Source: an uncultured Chloroflexia bacterium
GTDB taxonomy: Bacteria > Chloroflexota > Ktedonobacteria > Ktedonobacterales > JADMIN01
Direction: 5' to 3'
Assembly: GCA_963718915.1 (NCBI GenBank)
Contig: CAVRAI010000013.1
Location: 240,001-272,000, forward strand
Length of the DNA stretch: 32,000 nucleotides
The notes under the pieces were generated by a model. It worked only from the letters and a program-made list of their open reading frames with translations. It had not been told where the DNA came from and did not search any database. The position numbers were made by a program, and so were the translations under genes. Shown here in pieces: positions 1 to 8,032 of the stretch; position 1 is the first letter of the stretch; each line of letters begins with the position of its first letter.

Positions 1-1844
1 TCGAAATCGCCATGCTTAAGACGACAGGCTACCGCCGAAGTAATCTCTATGCAATGTTCGGCCTGGAAGCCGGTATCTTGGGTGTCGTAGGTGGGGCGCT
101 GGGCGCGGCTATCGGCATCGGCGTCAGCTTCCTGGTGAAAGGATTGGTTGAACGCGCTTTCTTCATTAATCTGCCAAACTCGGTTGATCCACTCACCGTC
201 GCTTCCGGCGTGGCTATTGGCTTCTTCACCGCGCTGATCTTTGGCCTGATGCCCATCGTACAGGCGAGCCAGATTCGCCCGCTGGCCGTGCTACGCGGTC
301 AGTCAGAGGGCGCAGGTAGAGAAAGCATACTGCTCACGATAGTGCTCTCGGCGCTGCTGGTGGCGATGTACTTCACCCTCAGCCTAGTCATCCTGGGTGA
401 CTTGCGAAATACAATCCTTGCCGTTGTCATCACAGGTATATTGCTCATACTGCTCAGTCTATTCTTTACCGTGGTTGTGCTGGTCATCAGCCGGTTGCCA
501 GTGCCTGATGGGTTCCCCTGGTGGTACGTGCTGATCGTGGTCGTGGGATTGCTGATCGCCGCTGGCATCACCTTGGCCATCCCTGACTTCGGAGTGCTAT
601 TCCTCGTTTTGGCTGCGTTTGGCTTCGTGGTGGTGCTGTTGCCGCGCACCTGGAAATCCAACGTCAAGATGGCGCTTCGCAACATTGGTCGCCAACGTGC
701 GCGCACTGTGACGACGCTCGTTGCGCTATTCGTGGGCGTCTTTGTTATTGGAATCATTCTGGTGTTGGGCCAGAATATCAAGGATCAAATCAACCAGGCG
801 CTCCTAACCAACCTCCCGTATAACTCATTCATAGTAGCTGGCATCGACAACAAGGCACAAGTCGAACAGAAGCTGAATGACATCTCAGGTATTCAGGCGC
901 GGCAGGAATACAGCATCGCCCAGGGTCTACCAATCTCAGTGCGCGGCGTGCCAATGGCACAGGTGGTGGCAGACGCTGGCAGGCCTAGCCCTGAAAGTTT
1001 AGGGCGCGAAGGCGCCTACGGTATTCTGAGCAGCGTACAAGGATCTGATCTAACACATGGCGCGCTACCTCAGGTAACCATCATGCAAGGTCGCAATCTG
1101 AAGAAGTCAGATGCGGGCACGGGTAATGTGCTCATGCCAGAGTCCGCTGGATTCAACCCGTTGAAGTTGAAACTCAACGATACATTTGTCGTTGCCAGCC
1201 AGGATGGCAAAACGCTTGTGACCTTCAAGGTGGTCGGCGTCTACACAACCAGTGATTTGTTTACTGGATCATCCATACGAGCAGACGACAGCCAGGTGAG
1301 TACAATTGCTGGCGGCAAGCCGCTCTACCTTTTCGAGCTCAAGATTGACCCAACCCAAGCCGATCAGAAACTCAGCCAGGTGGAGAAGGCGGTACCGAAT
1401 GTCCAGACGTTTAGCGTGGTCGACGTACTGCTGTTGGTCAACACACTGCTCAACAACCTAATAGTAATGCTAACTGCCATTGCGTCACTGACCATGATTG
1501 CTGGCATCATCATAATTGCGAACGCGGTGGCGCTGGCAATGCTGGAACGACGGCGCGAGCTGGGCATCCTCAAGTCGGTTGGCTTCACCAGCCGTAGTGT
1601 CCTGAGCGAGGTGCTGCTCGAAAATGGCATTGTGGGCTTCACAGGCGCACTGCTGGCCATGCTGCTAGTAACATTTGCAGTTGCTGTACTTAGCACAATC
1701 GTTTTCGGTTCATCGTTCAGTGTCTCCGCACCGCTGGTTATAGGTAGTGTATTAGGCGTCGCCTTCATTTGTATGGTGGTAGCCGGGTTTGTCGCCTGGG
1801 GCGCAACGCGCGTCCGTCCGCTCGAAGTGCTACGCTACGAATAG
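1..1844 (+). CDS. ABC transporter permease, FtsX/MacB type (5' end outside window)
   Basis: The ORF is open to the window edge (in frame from nt 3), so the listed ATG at 12 is internal. It has several N-terminal TM helices, a ~250-aa soluble loop, then MLERRRELGILKSVGFT followed by three TM helices, which is the typical C-terminal FtsX domain. Confidence 0.75.
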   Translation, partial: EIAMLKTTGYRRSNLYAMFGLEAGILGVVGGALGAAIGIGVSFLVKGLVERAFFINLPNSVDPLTVASGVAIGFFTALIFGLMPIVQASQIRPLAVLRGQSEGAGRESILLTIVLSALLVAMYFTLSLVILGDLRNTILAVVITGILLILLSLFFTVVVLVISRLPVPDGFPWWYVLIVVVGLLIAAGITLAIPDFGVLFLVLAAFGFVVVLLPRTWKSNVKMALRNIGRQRARTVTTLVALFVGVFVIGIILVLGQNIKDQINQALLTNLPYNSFIVAGIDNKAQVEQKLNDISGIQARQEYSIAQGLPISVRGVPMAQVVADAGRPSPESLGREGAYGILSSVQGSDLTHGALPQVTIMQGRNLKKSDAGTGNVLMPESAGFNPLKLKLNDTFVVASQDGKTLVTFKVVGVYTTSDLFTGSSIRADDSQVSTIAGGKPLYLFELKIDPTQADQKLSQVEKAVPNVQTFSVVDVLLLVNTLLNNLIVMLTAIASLTMIAGIIIIANAVALAMLERRRELGILKSVGFTSRSVLSEVLLENGIVGFTGALLAMLLVTFAVAVLSTIVFGSSFSVSAPLVIGSVLGVAFICMVVAGFVAWGATRVRPLEVLRYE

Positions 1845-1863
1845 CGACGGCATGAAAGCATTC

Positions 1864-1901
1864 GCCTCCTCCTGTCGACTGGCAGGAGGGGGCTTCTTAT
1901 T
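1864..1901. terminator. Hairpin plus T-tract between convergent permease and PHP genes (possibly bidirectional terminator)
   Basis: GCCTCCTCCTG (1864-1874), an 8-nt loop, then CAGGAGGGGGC (1883-1893) form an 11-bp stem with one G-U pair. TTCTTATT follows the stem. The element lies between stop codons at 1844 (+) and 1897 (-). Confidence 0.5.
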
Positions 1902-2718
1902 GGACAATCACACCGCAACGCTCCAACAATTCACCGCACGTCGAAGCCGGATAAGCGATAGGCAGCCGCTGTTCAGGGTCATGCGAATCGGAGCCAGCGC
2001 TGACCAGCAATCCGCGCTCATATGCAAACGCGCTGTAAGCCGCCACCTGCTCCTCGCTATATGTAGGATAGCGCACCTCGATGCCATCGAGCGCTACATC
2101 AGCTACCAGGTCGGATAACAGCGGAATGTCATAGCGAAAAATCTCGCCACCACCACGCCCCGGATGCGCCAGAACAGCCAGCGCGCCGTCAGCGTGCGCA
2201 GCCGCCACCGCCTCAGCCAGCGGCACACTGATCGAGCGATAGCCCGCGTCGGCAATCATCCGCAATGCAACATCCAGCGTCGCCGCGTAGCCATAGGATT
2301 GTAACAAGCGCGCATTATCAATTGGCCTCGTTGGCATAATGGTCTGTGGCGAGAAACGATACCCCGTACGCATCAATTCCTCATAAACGGCCTGTGTGTT
2401 GGCCAACTGACTGGCAACGGTGCCGCGCGCCATCTGGCTCAGGGCGTCATCACGAAACGCGGCGGCATAACAGAGCAGGTGGGCGCTCTTCCCATGCCAG
2501 TTGGTCGTCATCTCCACGCCCGGCAGCACATAGACACCATGCTCGTCGCCGAGCGCCCGCAACTCATCGAGATGTTCCATCGCATCGTGGTCAGTAATCG
2601 ACACGAGACGAAACCGTTCTTGCGCGAGATGTTCAAAGAGAGCCGCGGGATACCACTGGCCGTCGCTGTAGATGGTATGTATCTGCAAATCGATGTGGTC
2701 GCTGGCCTCCAGAATCAT
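1897..2718 (-). CDS. PHP-domain phosphoesterase (TrpH/YciV-like)
   Basis: The 273-aa ORF carries IDLQIHTIYSDG, ITDHD, HPGR and SAGSDSH, which resemble the PHP metal-ligand set. Its start ATG overlaps the stop of the upstream GT gene (ATGA at 2715-2718). Confidence 0.75.
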   Translation of the reverse strand: MILEASDHIDLQIHTIYSDGQWYPAALFEHLAQERFRLVSITDHDAMEHLDELRALGDEHGVYVLPGVEMTTNWHGKSAHLLCYAAAFRDDALSQMARGTVASQLANTQAVYEELMRTGYRFSPQTIMPTRPIDNARLLQSYGYAATLDVALRMIADAGYRSISVPLAEAVAAAHADGALAVLAHPGRGGGEIFRYDIPLLSDLVADVALDGIEVRYPTYSEEQVAAYSAFAYERGLLVSAGSDSHDPEQRLPIAYPASTCGELLERCGVIVQ

Positions 2719-3836
2719 CCGCGCGCCTCCCTGTGACCAAGCGCCTCATGGTAGACCGCGACTGTCTTCCGTGCCACCCGCTCCTGCGTAAACCGCTCCA
2801 GCACCCAGGCGCGGCCAGCGCGGGAGAATCGCTCGCGCATCGCTGCATCACGCGCCAGTCGCAGTAGTCCAACTCGCAAGGCCTCGACGTCCCCTTCTGG
2901 CACGATCATACCCGCAGCGCCAATCACATGGGGTATCTCCCCAGAATCCGAGCCAATGACGGGAACGCCACAGGCCATCCCCTCGACCAACACCCGCCCA
3001 AACTGCTCTTTCCAGTTCGGCTGAGTCAACGATGGCGCCGCCAGCACATCCATATCGGCCAGCGCATGCGGAACCTCGGCGGTAGCAATCGCTGGCACAA
3101 AATCGACTCGCTCCGCAACGCCACGTTCACTGGCGATGCGGCGGAGCGCGCGCTCATCCGGCCCGCTGCCAACCAATCGCAGCCGACAGTGATCTGGCAT
3201 CCCTTGCAGGGCCTCGATGAGCAGGCCAACACCTTTGTACAAGACCAGTCGCCCCAGATATCCGATGACGAATGCATCGGAGGAGGAAGTGCGCGGTACG
3301 GGACAGTAAATATCAGGGTCAATACCGTGTACGGAAAAGACAGCAGTCGGGCCAATGTATCCCTTGCGGCGCAACACATTAGCGGCATCGGCGTTGCCAG
3401 CGATGATCGCGGCAGCATGGCGATAGTTAAAACGTTCTATCCAGGCATACGGCGCGGGATAGGTTCGATAAAGATTCTGCCACGAGACGAAGACTGTACG
3501 AGCGCCGACCGCATCCGCTATCCTTTGGGCCTGCGCTCCAGCAGGGTTATACGGCTCCTCGTCGATATGCAGCACGTCAGGGCGCTGCTGACGAACTACC
3601 GCACCAAGTCCAGGGTAGAAGTAGAAGTGGTATTGCCCATTGAAGGCGACCGGCACTTTGCGCACCTGATAGCCTGCGGTAAAACGTTGAACAAATGGCA
3701 GGCGGCGGCCATCATCGGAGCGCCAGAATGGTGGGGTGACCAGCGTCAGCTCGATATCTGGCTGGCGGGCAATCCATTCGAGCTGGCGCTGCGCAGTCTC
3801 AGCCACAAAGGTCTTGGAGACGATGACAACCCGCAT
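2715..3836 (-). CDS. Glycosyltransferase family 4
   Basis: The 373-aa ORF has the Glycos_transf_1 C-terminal pattern EQFGRVLVEGMACGVPVIGSDSGEIP (E-x7-E). It starts 6 nt after the upstream GT stop. Confidence 0.8.
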   Translation of the reverse strand: MRVVIVSKTFVAETAQRQLEWIARQPDIELTLVTPPFWRSDDGRRLPFVQRFTAGYQVRKVPVAFNGQYHFYFYPGLGAVVRQQRPDVLHIDEEPYNPAGAQAQRIADAVGARTVFVSWQNLYRTYPAPYAWIERFNYRHAAAIIAGNADAANVLRRKGYIGPTAVFSVHGIDPDIYCPVPRTSSSDAFVIGYLGRLVLYKGVGLLIEALQGMPDHCRLRLVGSGPDERALRRIASERGVAERVDFVPAIATAEVPHALADMDVLAAPSLTQPNWKEQFGRVLVEGMACGVPVIGSDSGEIPHVIGAAGMIVPEGDVEALRVGLLRLARDAAMRERFSRAGRAWVLERFTQERVARKTVAVYHEALGHREARG

Positions 3837-3842
3837 GATTGC

Positions 3843-5006
3843 CTATTCCCTTGTCGTGCCGGTCACTTCAGCATACAGCGCGCTGGTTTCCGCCGCCACT
3901 TGCTCCCAGTTGAACTGGCGCACGTGCGCCAGACCGCGCGCACGTAAATCATCGCGATGCTCGCGCGAGGTCAGCACCCGCAGGATCGCAGCCCCCAAAC
4001 GATCAGTATCCATTGGATCAACCTGCACCCCCGCGCTCCCCACTACCTCCGGAAGCGACGTGCGATTCGAGCAGACTACCGGTGCGCCACACGCCATCGC
4101 TTCAAGCGGTGTCAAGCCAAAGCCTTCATAGATCGAGGTGAAGGCAAAACAGGACGCGGCGCTATAGATTGCTGGCAAGTCTGCCTCATCAACAGGCATA
4201 CAGACAACATTCTCGTCGACTTCAAACATCGTGGCGAGGTAACGCCAGTCAGGATAGAGCGGGCTGCCAAGACGGTCAGGGTCGCCAGCGATGAAAAGCT
4301 GGAGGTCGGGGTTTTGCATCTCGTGATACACGGCGGCAAAAGCGCCTACGAGCGATTTGATGTTCTTACGCGCATCAAGCCCACCGACATTGAGCACGAA
4401 CGTGTCACTGAGACCATATTTCTCGCGGATCTCCATCAGCCGCCGAGCATCCAGCACCCGGCGATACTGCGGTGAGACCGCCTCGCTGATAACCCGCACA
4501 CGATCTTCTGGAACGCCGAGCACTTCCATGATGTCGCGCTTCGAGAACTCAGAAACGGCAATTAGCATGTCGGCGCGTTTAGCGGCATCTGAGACTAGCC
4601 TCATATATGCCTGGGCAGTAGGAGTAGCATGATAGACTGGTAACTGCAAGCTGATAAGGTCATGAATCGTAGCAACGACGGGGATTCGTAGCCCGCGTCG
4701 TGGTGGCGCGAAATAGGGCACGTGCATCACGCGTGCGCCGCGCTGTTTGGCGGCATGTGGAAAGGTATGCTGCTCCCAGAAGAGTTTGGCAACATTCTCG
4801 CCAGCGTGTCGTAGCCGCCCAGGAGGTAGCGCCTCCCACTGGAACGTAGAGGGCGTCTCAGGGACGTTTTTCACGTCAGCAGGGCTGAGTACTAGATACT
4901 CGTTAATCCCATCCACACGCCCGAGCGCGCTCAAAAGATTGGTAATATAGCGCCCAGTACCAGTGTATGGTTCCTGTAGAGGGAGCGCACTGAACGCGAC
5001 ACGCAT
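3843..5006 (-). CDS. Glycosyltransferase family 4
   Basis: The ORF carries EGFGLTPLEAMACGAPVVCSNRTSLPEVVG (E-x7-E). The longest ORF starts at 5036. The ATG at 5006 (MRVAFSALPL) has GGGGA 9 nt upstream and gives a typical GT4 N-terminus, so it is preferred. Confidence 0.8.
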   Translation of the reverse strand: MRVAFSALPLQEPYTGTGRYITNLLSALGRVDGINEYLVLSPADVKNVPETPSTFQWEALPPGRLRHAGENVAKLFWEQHTFPHAAKQRGARVMHVPYFAPPRRGLRIPVVATIHDLISLQLPVYHATPTAQAYMRLVSDAAKRADMLIAVSEFSKRDIMEVLGVPEDRVRVISEAVSPQYRRVLDARRLMEIREKYGLSDTFVLNVGGLDARKNIKSLVGAFAAVYHEMQNPDLQLFIAGDPDRLGSPLYPDWRYLATMFEVDENVVCMPVDEADLPAIYSAASCFAFTSIYEGFGLTPLEAMACGAPVVCSNRTSLPEVVGSAGVQVDPMDTDRLGAAILRVLTSREHRDDLRARGLAHVRQFNWEQVAAETSALYAEVTGTTRE

Positions 5007-5107
5007 TGTCAAATATCCCCGATTCCCAGGCCTCAATGCCGCCTTTATCGCAACCAGCGGCGACTTGCGGTTTTAGCATAACACAAACCCCTGCGTGCCG
5101 AAGCCCA

Positions 5108-6535
5108 TCAAGATGACATCCCCACTACGCTCATGCGAATAAGCGCAATCAGGCAACCAATGGTAAGGGCAAATTGTAGCTCTATCGCATGCACGAAGAG
5201 ATCATCTGTCAGATTGTGAACTGCCAGCGCCACGAGGGCGCCAAACAGACCAAGCGCAATTGCTGGAAGTGAACTTCGTACATTGGCAGGGATCCGCACT
5301 GCACACCACCCTATGTAGAGTGTGGCGACTGTCAGCGCCAGAAACGCGCAGAACCCAAGTATACCCGTCTCCGCAGCGGCATTGATGTAGTAGTTGTGCG
5401 CGTGGCCAAGCGCGTCGGGCCAGTCGGGTAGGGCATACCCGGCATAGGCCGCGTCATAGTTGCCTGCGCCCACACCCAGGATTGGATGGGCCGCGAACAT
5501 GCGTAGACCAGCAATCCAGTGAGCCAGGCGTTCGACCGTCGAGAAGTTGGCGCTGGTCAGTGATCCGTTGAGCGCATCGGAGACACGCAATTGATCAAGG
5601 AATGCCTGCTGAACGTGCGAAGGGATGACGTTGGCGAACCAGCCAATCGCAATCAGCGGGATGCTCACCGCGACAACGATAGCCACCAGTCGCTCGCGCC
5701 GCCATCCCACGGCCACGATCACGATCAATGCAGCCAGCAACCCCAGAAGCGCACCGCGTGAACCAGCAAGCGCCTGCGCGCCGAGTAACAACACGCTTGC
5801 GCCTGCCGCCACCCATCGTTCGCGGAATTCATGGCCAAAGAGAACCAGCGCCAGGGCCAGCAGCAGCCCGAAATTGAGGAAGCCGGCAAAGGGGTTGGGC
5901 TGCGCGAACGTGCCGTAGACACGCAGATTCTCTCCGCCAGCGCCAGCTTGTCCGGTCGCCACAACCCACTGCGCATACCCAAGCAACGCTTCCGCTGTCG
6001 CCGCACCGATGGTTGCCCATACAACTACACGCACGCGCCATTCTGTACGCAGATAGCTGGCGCAGAGCGCCACAAGAACCAGCACTTCACTCCACTTAAT
6101 GATCTCTTTGAACGCAGAGACCCGATCGGTTGCGACTATCACCGACAGACAGACGAACACCAGATAGGCGGCTAGCGTCAGTAACACGGCGAGCTGCGCG
6201 CGCTCACTCTGCGAGGCTGTGCGCCAATGGCCCAAGGGGAGCCGTAGTTGAGAGCGAGAAAGGTTATGACGATGACCCATGAGCCAGCGGGCTAAGAGCG
6301 CTCCGACTAGCAGGTCGGTTGGGCCAACATTGACATGTAGCACCGAGATCGAGACAAGCGACCCAAAGGCTATGGCAAACGGCAAGAGCAGGAAGGCGCT
6401 CAACGGTTCGAGGATGACCAGAGCCACGACACCACTGCCCGCTACCAGCCACAGCGACACCGTATATGGCAGTGTCACAATCGCGACCGCCAGAACCACC
6501 GCCAGCATTCCAGCGATAATGGCAGAAGTCGCCAT
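5108..6535 (-). CDS. O-antigen ligase / Wzy_C family polytopic membrane protein
   Basis: The protein has many TM helices and the loop AHPILGVGAGNYDAAY...GHAHNYYINAAAETGILG typical of Wzy_C. The start is uncertain. ATG 6622 would overlap uxs by 61 nt. GTG 6562 (1-nt overlap with the uxs stop) or ATG 6535 is more plausible. Confidence 0.7.
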   Translation of the reverse strand: MATSAIIAGMLAVVLAVAIVTLPYTVSLWLVAGSGVVALVILEPLSAFLLLPFAIAFGSLVSISVLHVNVGPTDLLVGALLARWLMGHRHNLSRSQLRLPLGHWRTASQSERAQLAVLLTLAAYLVFVCLSVIVATDRVSAFKEIIKWSEVLVLVALCASYLRTEWRVRVVVWATIGAATAEALLGYAQWVVATGQAGAGGENLRVYGTFAQPNPFAGFLNFGLLLALALVLFGHEFRERWVAAGASVLLLGAQALAGSRGALLGLLAALIVIVAVGWRRERLVAIVVAVSIPLIAIGWFANVIPSHVQQAFLDQLRVSDALNGSLTSANFSTVERLAHWIAGLRMFAAHPILGVGAGNYDAAYAGYALPDWPDALGHAHNYYINAAAETGILGFCAFLALTVATLYIGWCAVRIPANVRSSLPAIALGLFGALVALAVHNLTDDLFVHAIELQFALTIGCLIALIRMSVVGMSS

Positions 6536-6561
6536 CCGCTCTGAGAACGCGCCCCGTAACA

Positions 6562-7542
6562 CTAACTGTCGACGCTGGACGAGATTGTCAGACCATCGCG
6601 CTCCAGCTCGCTCCGGAACCATTCGATGGTACGCGCCAGGCCAGTCCGGGGATCGATCTTTGGCTCCCAGTCGAGCATACGCTTTGCCTTCTCAATATCA
6701 GGACGCCGACGCTCAGGATCATCCTGCCGCTTCTCCTCGAAGATTAACTCCGATGTCGAGCCACACAATTCTCTGACGAGTTGTGCCCACTCGAGGATGG
6801 TATGTTCATCAGGATTCCCAAGGTTGAAGACCTCGGCAGTTGTGCCATAGGCAAACATCGCGCGGATTAGACCGCTCACCAGGTCATCAACGTAGCAGAT
6901 ACTACGAGTCTGCTGCCCAGTTCCATGGATGACTATAGGCTCGTTTGACAGCGCCCACATGATGAAGTTGGGAATCATACGACCATCGTTGAGCTGATTG
7001 TGCGGACCATAGGTGTTGAAAATACGGGCTATGCGCGCATCAACACCATGCTGGCGATGAAATTCCATCGTGATTGTTTCACCCAGACGCTTGGCCTCGT
7101 CGTAGCATGCGCGCACGCCGATGGGATTGACGTTGCCCCAGTATTCCTCGCGCTGTGGATGCTCGAGTGGATCGCCGTATGCCTCAGAGGTAGACGCCAT
7201 CAGGAAGCGCGCGTTGTTGGCGCGCGCCAGGTCAAGCATACGCCACGCGCCCTCGGTGTTGACACGTATCGTCTCGAAGGGAAAAGTCCAGTATCCAACG
7301 GGGCTGGCAGGGCTGGCGAGATGAAATATCGCGTCAACCGGGGCGTCTATCTCCAGGTCAAGATGCTGCGTGACATCTCGCTCCAGAAAGTGAAACCTGG
7401 CCTGGCTCCTCAACGGGTCGATGTTGCGCACGGAGCCGGTTAGCAGGTTATCGACACACCAAACCTCATGATCTTCCTGGAGCAGCCGAGCGCACAAATG
7501 AGATCCTATCAGACCCGCTCCCCCGGTAACGACGACCTTCAA
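6562..7542 (-). CDS. uxs: UDP-glucuronate decarboxylase (UDP-xylose synthase), extended SDR
   Basis: The gene uses a TTG start with GGGGAGG 6 nt upstream. MKVVVTGGAGLIGSH is the Rossmann motif. STSEAYGDPLEHPQREEYWGNVNPIGVRACYDEAKR contains YxxxK in the context characteristic of UXS enzymes. Confidence 0.8.
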   Translation of the reverse strand: MKVVVTGGAGLIGSHLCARLLQEDHEVWCVDNLLTGSVRNIDPLRSQARFHFLERDVTQHLDLEIDAPVDAIFHLASPASPVGYWTFPFETIRVNTEGAWRMLDLARANNARFLMASTSEAYGDPLEHPQREEYWGNVNPIGVRACYDEAKRLGETITMEFHRQHGVDARIARIFNTYGPHNQLNDGRMIPNFIMWALSNEPIVIHGTGQQTRSICYVDDLVSGLIRAMFAYGTTAEVFNLGNPDEHTILEWAQLVRELCGSTSELIFEEKRQDDPERRRPDIEKAKRMLDWEPKIDPRTGLARTIEWFRSELERDGLTISSSVDS

Positions 7543-7615
7543 CAGAAACCTCCCCAGAACTGGCTGGAAATCAGCGATGCCAGCTCAAACACCGCCGCAC
7601 AATGCACTGTTCCTG

Positions 7616-7644
7616 ATTTTACCGTCTTGGCTGATTGAGCGCAA
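7616..7644 (-). promoter_or_regulatory. Candidate sigma70-type promoter of the glycan operon
   Basis: On the minus strand, TTGCGC (7644-7639) is followed by a 17-nt spacer and TAAAAT (7621-7616), about 70 nt upstream of the uxs start. This rests on a hexamer match only. Confidence 0.4.
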
Positions 7645-8032
7645 CGTACATACCCAATATCCGCAAATACAGCGCTTTATTGCTAACCATTTCCGGGGCA
7701 TCCAGATCACTGTCTGTAACATACGTCATCCCGCCCGTCGTGATCCAAAGGTGAAGTCATGGCTATGGTACTCCTGAGCCGCGAGTAGCCACAGATGCGC
7801 CCGACAGGTATACTTGTTGTCTTAGCAGGGGGCGAACAGATATACAAGATACCTCTATCGCTGCCTGTGCGTCTTATGTACTGAGGTGTTAGCCCGCGCC
7901 TGCGTCTTCAGCGCGCATTCCAAATATGCACTGGCACGTCTGCATATGCGTCGTTACACGCGACACGGCGAAACCGCCCTGGTGGACTGGCTGTTTTGAG
8001 ATACCCGCACACCCGCATGGAGGAGTGGAATC

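Noticed and set aside
2928-3947. 339-aa plus-strand ORF antisense to the GT4 genes, and similar long antisense ORFs at 21525-22301 (+), 23147-23779 (-), 8945-9781 (-) and 29611-30210 (-)
   Set aside because: Each lies opposite a gene with clear family motifs. They have biased Arg/Gly/Pro/His composition and no start context, so they are classic GC-rich shadow ORFs.
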